Source of the DNA: Bacillota bacterium
GTDB lineage: Bacteria > Bacillota > Clostridia > Christensenellales > SZUA-584
Assembly (NCBI GenBank): GCA_023397655.1
Contig: JAEWTW010000026.1
Span: forward strand, 182,463-246,462
Length of the DNA stretch: 64,000 nucleotides
Reading direction: 5' to 3'
Shown: piece after piece, positions 29,869 through 38,241 of the stretch
Position numbering within the stretch: position 1 is the first letter of the stretch
Layout of the letters: the number at the start of each line of letters is the position of its first letter
The notes under the pieces: model-generated
What the model was told of the DNA's origin: nothing
Databases searched by the model: none
The model's input: the letters and a program-made list of their open reading frames with translations, nothing else
Position numbers and translations under genes: made by a program

Positions 29869-30864
29869 CTACTTAAACAAATTCCATGATAAATCCGTCA
29901 GGTCATACAGCACTTCATGCGTCATTTTACTTTTATCGCACAATTTTCCCGTCAGCAACAATGTTCCATCACGCTTTAACCCAGCGGTTATATCAGCGTT
30001 GGCTTTTATGGCCACAATGTCAAGCCAGTGCTGTGTTGCTGTTTCTCCATTTTCACTAAATCCTGCGGAAACAACGGTACCGTCTCCCTTAAGCCCTATT
30101 GACGTATGGTTACCAGCCGCGACAGCAACGATATCACGCCATTGCTCCACCGCGAGGCAGCCGCCAGCATCGTTCCCAAACGCTTTCACCGTTCCATCAG
30201 CTTTTAACAAAAGCGTATGGTTAAAGCCTGCAGCGGCCCCAATGACGCTTTCAATTCCGGGAATATCACATTGCCCACAGTTGTTATCGCCGGCGGCAAG
30301 CACTTTACCGTCGGCGGTGATTCCAATGGTATGATTATCTCCTGTAGCGACGTCGACCACGTTGTTCCATCCGCTTACATCGCATTGCCCATAGGCGTTG
30401 TAACCCGCTGCACTAACGCTGCCATCCTCATGAACGGCAACAAAATGATTCATCCCAGCGGAGCCTGTCAACACGTTGCACATCCCTGCAACGTCGCATC
30501 GCCCGTGCGCATTCTCTCCGGCTGTAAGCACAGTCCCTTTATTGGTGATCGCTGCCGAAAAGTAGCCACCACCGCAAAGAACCGCAACATTTTTCCAGTC
30601 TTTGCTGTTGTTTCTGCCATCCTTACCGAAACCTGCGGAGAGAACACTGCCGTTGTTCCTGAGGCCCATCACATAACCGCCGCCAACGGCGATTCGAGCC
30701 ATCATTTTTCTTGTTTCACTTAGACTGAATCGAGCTGCTTGCACCGCTTCTTCATAAACCAGGCCGCACGCCCGTTTTGGCTGTTGTATCTGCGGTTTTT
30801 GTCCCGATGCCAGTGAGTTGTTGGTCTCCTTTTCCGTCTTTTTCAAAATATCAGAAAATCCCAT
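29869..30864 (-). CDS. RCC1-like repeat (beta-propeller) protein
   Basis: At least six repeats of ...G..HT.G...DG.V.A.G.N..GQCDV..W.... No signal peptide. Confidence 0.75.
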   Translation of the reverse strand: MGFSDILKKTEKETNNSLASGQKPQIQQPKRACGLVYEEAVQAARFSLSETRKMMARIAVGGGYVMGLRNNGSVLSAGFGKDGRNNSKDWKNVAVLCGGGYFSAAITNKGTVLTAGENAHGRCDVAGMCNVLTGSAGMNHFVAVHEDGSVSAAGYNAYGQCDVSGWNNVVDVATGDNHTIGITADGKVLAAGDNNCGQCDIPGIESVIGAAAGFNHTLLLKADGTVKAFGNDAGGCLAVEQWRDIVAVAAGNHTSIGLKGDGTVVSAGFSENGETATQHWLDIVAIKANADITAGLKRDGTLLLTGKLCDKSKMTHEVLYDLTDLSWNLFK

Positions 30865-30987
30865 CTTTATATCTCCTTTGTTTTGGTTTAAATCATCTAT
30901 AATCTGTAGACCGATTAGCAGCTAAGAGTTCTGCGTCTACCGGTTAAATCCCCTGGCTTGAAACCTAACCCAATCGCTGTACTGGTT

Positions 30988-32244
30988 TCATAGTGGCTCA
31001 ATAAGCCCGTCCTTGACCACATAATCACTATGGCCGGCACAATTGCTGCTGATGGGTCCGTCGTTGTGGACATCGCGGAATCGCTTTTTCTGGCGGGCAG
31101 CGTGCTGTGCGAACGGCTCCGGCAGCTCCGCCTCGGAATAGAGCCAGCGCAACTGTACGGTGGCAAAATGATCACCTCCCGACACCCTTTTTTCCAACGC
31201 CTCGATTAGCGCAAATGAACAGCGCTTTTGGAAAAGCCCGCGCAGCTCCCCACTGTCACCGGATTGCTGCACATACCGAATAGCATCCTCCTCGCCACCA
31301 CACCAGGCAAGCCGTTGCTTAAAAATATCGCTGTGCTGCGGATATTCCGCCTCGCGTCTCCGCCACCAGCAAGCCGACGCGTATTCAACTGGTATCCATG
31401 TGGCGATATGTTCACGTTTTAGACTATCTTTTGGCAAATTTTCAAACAGCGTCATAAGCTCATCGGCCTTCATTTTTTTCATAGCGGCAGTTTCGGCATC
31501 TATCACTGTCGTTTTGACAAAGACGTCTTGTGCGTCGCCAGGATCAATACGTTTGGCGGCTCTGACACTTATATAGCTATCCATAAGGGCAATCTGTTTC
31601 AAAAGTGCTGGGTTTTTGATACATTCATCCTCAATGCTCTTGATACACAGCTTTTGCATGCTCTTTTCGTCAGCGAATGAGAGGATCAACTTGCATAGCG
31701 CGTCCTCATCCGTTATCTGTTCACCGCAAAGAGCACGCAGCTCGCCGTTTTCCGAAGCATCCATCGCAATTTGCGCAAACAGCCTTTGGTCAGCCTCGCC
31801 CCAGTCGGATTGTTTAAGCTCCCCCAGGCGCTCCATCGCGGCACAACGCACATCTGCAGAAAGCGCGCTATCCGCCACAACATGGGTAAGCAGTCGGACG
31901 TCGCTCAGGTGTCTCACAGCCGCGCGTTTCCCGGAGTCGCTGGGGTGCTGTCGCACAAGCGCATACAGCAAGCTTGGGTCGGTCAGCCGTTTCAATACTA
32001 TCCAGCCGAAGGCTTCCAATGGCAGTTCTTGCGTCAGTGCCATAAAGAACTGTGCAAGAAATTGCTGGTCATTAATACGTTCAATGCAAAGCTGACGCAA
32101 ATGAACCTGATCGTCGGGGAGCAGGCCGGAATGGCCTATATCCGAAAGCAGTATTTTAATCAGCTTTTTCTCGTCGCGTATTCTGCCGATAGCCTTTTTT
32201 TGCTTAGCCCAGTTTGTCGTCATATAAGGCTTAAAAATACCCAC
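30988..32244 (-). CDS. HEAT-like alpha-solenoid paralogue, 418 aa (GTG start)
   Basis: AAGGAGGA, 4 nt spacer, then GTG gives MGIFKPYMTTNWAKQKKAI. Lies 16 nt downstream of the radical-SAM stop. Tail FRDVHNDGPISSNCAGHSDYVVKDG. Confidence 0.7.
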   Translation of the reverse strand: MGIFKPYMTTNWAKQKKAIGRIRDEKKLIKILLSDIGHSGLLPDDQVHLRQLCIERINDQQFLAQFFMALTQELPLEAFGWIVLKRLTDPSLLYALVRQHPSDSGKRAAVRHLSDVRLLTHVVADSALSADVRCAAMERLGELKQSDWGEADQRLFAQIAMDASENGELRALCGEQITDEDALCKLILSFADEKSMQKLCIKSIEDECIKNPALLKQIALMDSYISVRAAKRIDPGDAQDVFVKTTVIDAETAAMKKMKADELMTLFENLPKDSLKREHIATWIPVEYASACWWRRREAEYPQHSDIFKQRLAWCGGEEDAIRYVQQSGDSGELRGLFQKRCSFALIEALEKRVSGGDHFATVQLRWLYSEAELPEPFAQHAARQKKRFRDVHNDGPISSNCAGHSDYVVKDGLIEPL

Positions 32245-32260
32245 AATATCCTCCTTTTCG

Positions 32261-34456
32261 TTACGTGAGCATGCCTGCCAAATGTATAAACGCGGCTTTC
32301 CGAGCCGTGCAGTCAAAGTCTCCGCTGTCAATGTTCTTATCTTTTGACCATGCCTTACACATCCCGCCGCAAAGGTATCGAACTTCGCATTCTTTGCATT
32401 TTTCATTCATGTCCACATCGTGCCGGGTTAGTTCACGGAAAGTCACTCCCTCTACAACATCATCCAACCTATCTTTGAGCAAGTTGCCCAGCTTCTTATC
32501 CGCACCGCACCACGCATAGCACGGATAAGCGCCGCCGTCCGGCTCCACGTAAAGGTTCTGCCCAAAGCCGCAGGAGAAGCGCGGCCTGAAAGGCCGTTTC
32601 TTCTCATTCTCGTCTATGCAGAGAAAATCCGAGTCCTTCGGTGCGCTTTCCGCCCTACCTAACGGTAGAATTGGTCTGAATCGCACATTTTCGATCCCAA
32701 GACGTTCGCACAATTCATCAACCGATTTCCCTTCTTGTCCTTCGCGCTGCGTTTTAGTCAGCGTCGCGCAGACGCCTACCCTGCGGATGAAGCCCAATTC
32801 CTTAATTCGTTCAAGGTTATCTATCGTCCGTGCGTAACGCCCTGCGCCGCGCTGCGCATCGTGGCTCGCTTCGTCGCCGTCTACGCTGACCACAATTTCA
32901 GGAAAGGCCTCGCACACAGCTTTCAGGCGCTCATCGGAAATCGGAAAGCCAAGCGACGTGCGCAGTATCAGCCGCATACCTTTCAGCGAAATACGCCTGA
33001 TTCCCGCGAGCATTGCGTCGATTTCGGTATGCACAAGCGGCTCTCCGCCCGTCACCACCACCGCGCGAAAAAACGACTTCTGCGCCGCTTTGATAATATT
33101 AAGCATCGCGTTTGCAGGCATTTCGTTCATTTCACTCTCGCCACCCCGCGCATAGCAATGCCCACAGCGCAGCGGGCAATCGAACGTGACATGCAGATAC
33201 AGCTTGTTGAGTTCATTGACTCGGTTTTTCTTGTAACGCTCAAGAGCAGTACTCGCGCCATACGGATAACGGCCCCACTTGGACGCTTGTCTCATACGCT
33301 GTTCGTTGATCTCCAGATCGTAGGGGTGCGGCTGGTCCCCTGCCATCTGCAGCAGCGGAGCATTCTCAGGAGGTATGCGTTTCGTCATAATGTAACCCAT
33401 CTCAAGCGCCATATCGCGCGATATCTCGTCAAACAACGCGCGGTATGCCTTGCAATAAGGGTCTTTCGTGGTGTCTGAAGCAAACATGTTGTAAAGGCAT
33501 CCGCCGCTGCAATACGGGAAATGAACGCACGTCCCGCACTCAGTATGCGCGCCTTCCTGCTTTTCCAGTAATTTGCGGTACGCTGCGCTTTCAATAATCT
33601 GCGCTTCGGTCAGGTCGTCCATCACGTTTCCCAGCGCAAATTCCTCATGCCCGCAGAAGCGCTGGCATGAATAAACGCTGCCGTCCGGAGCAATCGCGGC
33701 GAAACGCCCGAGGCACGGAAAAAAAGTGCACGTATGCCCTTCGCCATCAAAGCAGCCTTTCGCCATGGAATCCAGCGTAAATACCCTTGTCTGCCGCATA
33801 TTTTTCTTGTATGCAGCCAGGGTATCCAGCATAATTCTGGCCATGTCGTGAGCGGTCACAGTATACGCGTCAGGCTCGCAGCCCAGTGCGCGTACCGCAC
33901 CGTGCAAAGCATATGGAATTCCGCTGCGCAGACTGCCCGCATAATGCCGGAATACGCGCTCAGCCTCGCCCGCGGATTCATGGGTAAACGTGCAAATACG
34001 GCTGGTCTCCACGCCATATTGCAGCAGCACCGACCGACCGCTCTCATTGGCAGCATAGTACCCTTTCCCGCGCTGCGCATCGCACATCGCTTCATCGCCA
34101 TCGATGCTGGTTCCTACGGCAATGCGGTAATCCCGGATGAGCTGCGCCATATGTTCGTCCATCGCGATGAGGTTACTCTGTATGGAAAGGCGTAACCTGC
34201 GTCCAAAGCGTTGCTGCAGTTTTGGCAGTATGGTTTCGAAAAATCCCGCACCAGCCAGCAAAGGTTCGCCGCCGTGAAATGTAACGCGTACGCTTCCCTC
34301 TTCCGGCGCGATCCGTTCCATAAAATCAAGCACTTTATCTGCCACCTCGCGCGTCATGGTTTCACCCCGGTTGGGGCCGAAGCAATAGGTACACGAGGCC
34401 TGGCAGGCCGCTGTGGGCACGAGCATGAAATTGCCGGGGCGAAAAGACGGTTCCAT
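32261..34456 (-). CDS. fused double radical-SAM/SPASM-domain enzyme
   Basis: Two CX3CX2C sites (CQASCTYC and CPLRCGHC). Each is followed by Cys-rich SPASM-like segments (CTFFPC...CQRFC...CGTCVHFPYCSGGC and CGFG...CYAWC...CKECEVRYLCGGMC). Start is ATG 34456 or GTG 34459, behind GGAGG. Confidence 0.85.
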   Translation of the reverse strand: MEPSFRPGNFMLVPTAACQASCTYCFGPNRGETMTREVADKVLDFMERIAPEEGSVRVTFHGGEPLLAGAGFFETILPKLQQRFGRRLRLSIQSNLIAMDEHMAQLIRDYRIAVGTSIDGDEAMCDAQRGKGYYAANESGRSVLLQYGVETSRICTFTHESAGEAERVFRHYAGSLRSGIPYALHGAVRALGCEPDAYTVTAHDMARIMLDTLAAYKKNMRQTRVFTLDSMAKGCFDGEGHTCTFFPCLGRFAAIAPDGSVYSCQRFCGHEEFALGNVMDDLTEAQIIESAAYRKLLEKQEGAHTECGTCVHFPYCSGGCLYNMFASDTTKDPYCKAYRALFDEISRDMALEMGYIMTKRIPPENAPLLQMAGDQPHPYDLEINEQRMRQASKWGRYPYGASTALERYKKNRVNELNKLYLHVTFDCPLRCGHCYARGGESEMNEMPANAMLNIIKAAQKSFFRAVVVTGGEPLVHTEIDAMLAGIRRISLKGMRLILRTSLGFPISDERLKAVCEAFPEIVVSVDGDEASHDAQRGAGRYARTIDNLERIKELGFIRRVGVCATLTKTQREGQEGKSVDELCERLGIENVRFRPILPLGRAESAPKDSDFLCIDENEKKRPFRPRFSCGFGQNLYVEPDGGAYPCYAWCGADKKLGNLLKDRLDDVVEGVTFRELTRHDVDMNEKCKECEVRYLCGGMCKAWSKDKNIDSGDFDCTARKAAFIHLAGMLT

Positions 34457-34472
34457 CACGATATTTCCTCCA

Positions 34473-35522
34473 TCAATCAGGTTGAAACAGTATCGGTTGT
34501 TCAATAGCATCTGTATGCCCCATATCTATGTGATCTCCGAGGTCATAAAACTCATGATGCACATCGCTGTGACGCTCGGGAAGAATCATGCGTCCGCGGA
34601 ACAAATGAATTTGTTCCACAAATCTCCCGTTCTTATAGATGAACTTGAGCAAAGCGCTTGCAATCATTGAGTGTTTTTCAAAGCATACATGGACGAGCGC
34701 CTGAAGCAAGGCGTCGTCTGTATTATCTATCCAGTCGGTGCGGCCTTCTTCGCTCAGCTGTATCAGTCGTTCACCCGCCTTTTCTGCATAACCATCTCCG
34801 CCGCTCAGAAAAATATTTAAAATTCCCATTGGTTTTAGTCGTGCCAATGCGGCGTCCGAACGATGCTTTTTCGCGGCTTTAAGGAAAACCTGCTGATTGT
34901 CGGGCATCCTCTCCAGCGCCCATTCACGAGTGTCCGGATATGTAGAATTCGAGGCTATATAGGCGATATCCGCCTTTTCAACTATTTTTGAGAACGCCGC
35001 TTTGCGCACATCTGAGTCCTGATCATTCAGGCATATTTGCAGCAATACGTCTCGGCATACATTTCCAGATTTCACTGCTTTACGCTTTTCATAAGCTGAA
35101 TGTGCATACTGCGCAATAAGCGTATCAGCTTCTGGATCATTGCCCAGTCGTCTGTGCGCAACCGCTCGCACTCCCCAGTTGGGATCGGTTTTGGTAAGTT
35201 CTTGGAGAACCGCCGCGTTTTCAATGCGTTCGGCAGCTCTCTGGCGAAAGCTGTCAGTTTCGCAATGCCGCCCGATCTGACTCAAGAGTCCCTGGTCGGT
35301 GATTCGATCAAGCAAGTCGGCAGCGTAGACGTTTGGTTTCATAACAATTTGATATAGCAGCGTCTGATCGGTAAGCCGTTCTGCCGCGACTTTTCTTACT
35401 TTATAGTGGAAGCTTCCATCCGAGATAATCTCAAACAACGTTTGTTGATCCCTGATACGTTCGACGGCTTTTGCCGCTTTAACATGATCCCGATGTTTCC
35501 ATCCGGGTGTGAACAGGCCCAT
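34473..35522 (-). CDS. HEAT-like alpha-solenoid paralogue, 349 aa, HxD-richest tail
   Basis: Start at MGLFTPGWKHRD (GGGAGGA upstream). Its stop lies 1 nt before the radical-SAM gene's GGAGG RBS (start 14-17 nt further downstream). Tail ERHSDVHHEFYDLGDHIDMGHTDAIEQPILFQPD. Confidence 0.7.
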   Translation of the reverse strand: MGLFTPGWKHRDHVKAAKAVERIRDQQTLFEIISDGSFHYKVRKVAAERLTDQTLLYQIVMKPNVYAADLLDRITDQGLLSQIGRHCETDSFRQRAAERIENAAVLQELTKTDPNWGVRAVAHRRLGNDPEADTLIAQYAHSAYEKRKAVKSGNVCRDVLLQICLNDQDSDVRKAAFSKIVEKADIAYIASNSTYPDTREWALERMPDNQQVFLKAAKKHRSDAALARLKPMGILNIFLSGGDGYAEKAGERLIQLSEEGRTDWIDNTDDALLQALVHVCFEKHSMIASALLKFIYKNGRFVEQIHLFRGRMILPERHSDVHHEFYDLGDHIDMGHTDAIEQPILFQPD

Positions 35523-35535
35523 CGTTGAATCCTCC

Positions 35536-38187
35536 CTACTCGTCCAAATTGAAATATGTATACCCCTCATCATTGTGGCACCACTCGTCGCGGTATGCTT
35601 TGCCCTGAACATCCGTGTGGGATATGACTTTCTTTTCGAGTCCTTTTATAGCATTCGTAAACCGTCCCATTGAATAAACCTGTTTGAGCGCCACTGCCAT
35701 TGGCCGGTAATCAAACCGCTCATCCTTTTCGTTTTCAGCAATGACAGATATCATCTCCCTAACCGTTGTTTCGCTCAGTTGCCGCGCCCAACCCACGTCC
35801 AATTCATTTAAACGTGCACAAATCTCCGGTGTAAAGGTAAACGGTATGTTTGATATTACGATTTGGAAAAGCGCATTTGCATCTGTGATATGCTGCAGCG
35901 CACGCTTGCGAGTTTGCAGTTCCTTTGCATTGCGGGCAATAGTCAGAAGTTTATCTTTGTCGGATATCCTCAATAAATCCATATCAACCCTCTCGATTTT
36001 CAGCGCGATGTCGCAAAGCATATTCTCATTCGTGATACGGTGTATGGCTTCGATCCGCATATCCAGCGGCATACTCACGTCGAGCGCAATGGCTTTGAGT
36101 TTTTTTGCATCTTTTATATCCTCAAACTCTGCCATTTGTTTTTTGAGGTTTACATCTCCATATGAAACGTTGTTATCACCCTTTTCTCTCAGTGTTGTTT
36201 CTGGCATCGGCAGTAAATCCATGTAGACATAATCGCCGTCCTGATGGCACCATTTGTCGCGGTATTCCTTGCCGGTAAGGTCAAGGTGCGCCACGGCTTT
36301 TCCATGCAGCTTTGCAATCGCCACTTTTGATCGTCCCTGCATATAGACGTTTTTCAATACGGCGGCAAAGTGCCGGTAATCAAATTTCTCATCCTTTTCG
36401 TTGCCCGCAATGACGTCTATCAGCGCCTTGACTGCCGCGTCGTCAAGCTGTTGCACCCAGTCCGCATCCAGCTCATTAAGGCGCTCGCAAATCTCAGGCA
36501 TAAAACTTTTTGGCACGTTGGCGATTACTGCTTTATATAGCGCCTTCGCGTCATGAACGCGCTGCAGCGCCTGTTTGCGTATCCGCCGATCCTTTGCGTC
36601 TCTGGCAATTCGCAACAGCATATCCGGATCTTTGATCGTGTGCAGGTTGAAATCCTGCTTCTCCGGCATCTCGATTTTAAGCGCAACGTCAAGCAGCGTA
36701 TATTCGTCCGTGATGCGGCGTGCTGCCGCCGCGCGTATTCTCGGCGCGACATCGCTATCTAGCGCAATTTCTTTTAAAGCTGTCTGGCTTGTGACCAACT
36801 GCAGATCTTGCAGTGCATCGTCTGCATCCCTGTTATTTCGCAGCCTGAATATCGTCGGATCGATCTCCGGCTTTATATCGTCAAGTTCCAGATAGGTAAA
36901 GCCTCCGTCTTCGTGGCAGCCCTTATCACGGTTCACCTTGCCGCTGGAATCGCTGTGAGATACGGCAGTCCCTTTAAGCGCCGCGATACTCTGCGTCGCA
37001 CGTCCTTTCCCGTATATGCGCCTCAGTGCGGTCGCAATATGTGTATAATCGAACCGCTCTTCCGCCGTATTCTCCGACAATATTTGCGCCAAGCCCTCCA
37101 CGGTGCGGTTACTGGCTTTTTGCACCCATTCTTTATCGATTTCGTCGAGTCGCTCGAAAAATTTTCGGTCTCTGTAGTGCTTCGGGTTGTTGTCGAACAG
37201 TGTAAGCATCGTATCCAGCCTACCGATACGCAGCAGTGCCTTCTCGCTGATTTCGCTATCCTTTGCGCCATTGTGAATACGCAAAAGCGCCTCATCCCCT
37301 GACACATACTTCAACGCCTCCTGGCACAAAAAGCCCATCTGGTATTCGGACGGAAACAGTTCTGGGCCATCGTGCATGGCAATGCGCTCAAATATCGTGA
37401 AATCCCGGATACGACTTTTTGCCTGCACACGCACCTCCTCTGGCCCGCACAGCGCCATCAACGCCAGCCGTCGGTCGTCTCCGATGTCTTCGGGGCTTAC
37501 CAGCTTCGCGCATTCACACAGCACGTATTGATTCAACGTTTGATCCATGATTACCTGCGCAAGTGCCGGGTCGCCCGCTTTCTTCACTGCTCCGGTGCAA
37601 ATGTGTGATTTCTGCGCCGTGTGTGCCAGCTTAACCGCGCGGTCGGTATTTTTCATATTGACAATTGCGGCTAAGCGAATCTCTTCATTCTCCGCCATGT
37701 CGAACATGTCCTGCAGGTATTGCTGATCGCCAATCCTCTTCAGCGCAATAATTCGCACATCCCGATCGGGGTCTTTCGCCGCCAGCCATTTGAGCACCTC
37801 CTGGTCCGCCAAATGTGCTGCCGCCTTTCGGCGCAGCCCGTAGCCCCCTGCGTACCGAGCCACGGCAGCCAGACAGCTTTGCAGTTTCGCGTCGTTTTCG
37901 ACTGACTCCTTATCCAACTTTTCAAGGCCGTCCCACACGCGACACAGCGGCTCCACCGCCATCAGCCGCCGAAGCGCGGCTTCACGAGGGGCGCTTAATT
38001 TAGGCACATTGATAACATCGAGGATCAACCCGCAGTCCCAAAGCCTTTTTACCGCTTCCTCTTGGATATAGTGATTGGGTGCATTCAACGCCGCGTCGCG
38101 AAGTATTGCTTCCTTTTGAACTTTGTTCAGCGCCACCAATGCATTTTTAAAGTTCTCCGACATCCATCCCGGTTTGAAAAGACCCAT
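35536..38187 (-). CDS. HEAT-like alpha-solenoid paralogue, 883 aa, with a triplicated C-terminal module
   Basis: MGLFKPGWMSENF behind AGGAGGA. Three modules each end in H-x-D ... CH-x-D ... Y.Y..L. Confidence 0.75.
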   Translation of the reverse strand: MGLFKPGWMSENFKNALVALNKVQKEAILRDAALNAPNHYIQEEAVKRLWDCGLILDVINVPKLSAPREAALRRLMAVEPLCRVWDGLEKLDKESVENDAKLQSCLAAVARYAGGYGLRRKAAAHLADQEVLKWLAAKDPDRDVRIIALKRIGDQQYLQDMFDMAENEEIRLAAIVNMKNTDRAVKLAHTAQKSHICTGAVKKAGDPALAQVIMDQTLNQYVLCECAKLVSPEDIGDDRRLALMALCGPEEVRVQAKSRIRDFTIFERIAMHDGPELFPSEYQMGFLCQEALKYVSGDEALLRIHNGAKDSEISEKALLRIGRLDTMLTLFDNNPKHYRDRKFFERLDEIDKEWVQKASNRTVEGLAQILSENTAEERFDYTHIATALRRIYGKGRATQSIAALKGTAVSHSDSSGKVNRDKGCHEDGGFTYLELDDIKPEIDPTIFRLRNNRDADDALQDLQLVTSQTALKEIALDSDVAPRIRAAAARRITDEYTLLDVALKIEMPEKQDFNLHTIKDPDMLLRIARDAKDRRIRKQALQRVHDAKALYKAVIANVPKSFMPEICERLNELDADWVQQLDDAAVKALIDVIAGNEKDEKFDYRHFAAVLKNVYMQGRSKVAIAKLHGKAVAHLDLTGKEYRDKWCHQDGDYVYMDLLPMPETTLREKGDNNVSYGDVNLKKQMAEFEDIKDAKKLKAIALDVSMPLDMRIEAIHRITNENMLCDIALKIERVDMDLLRISDKDKLLTIARNAKELQTRKRALQHITDANALFQIVISNIPFTFTPEICARLNELDVGWARQLSETTVREMISVIAENEKDERFDYRPMAVALKQVYSMGRFTNAIKGLEKKVISHTDVQGKAYRDEWCHNDEGYTYFNLDE
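35539..36867 (-). repeat. two full ~220-aa tandem protein modules (aa 441-660 and 661-883); a half module precedes them (aa ~330-440)
   Basis: Aligned by eye: LKEIALDSDVAPRIRAAAARRITDEYTLLDVALKIE vs LKAIALDVSMPLDMRIEAIHRITNENMLCDIALKIE, and PEICERLNELDADWVQQL vs PEICARLNELDVGWARQL. Confidence 0.8.
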
Positions 38188-38241
38188 TGTATCCTCCTAG
38201 CTGGTTTCCGCCGGTTTTTCCTTCACCGCACGGAACTTTTC

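Noticed and set aside
30865-30987. Nested inverted repeats (ggtagac...gtctac enclosing gcag...ctgc) in the 123-bp gap upstream of the RCC1-like gene, considered as a terminator or riboswitch.
   Set aside because: No T-run follows, the stems are short, and I recognised no conserved RNA motif. It may be an mRNA processing or stability element, but the evidence is too thin to call.
32261-34456. Considered annotating the radical-SAM protein as an anaerobic sulfatase-maturating enzyme.
   Set aside because: No sulfatase gene is present in the island. The protein is a tandem fusion, and its immediate neighbours are the solenoid paralogues. Only the generic radical-SAM/SPASM call is supportable.
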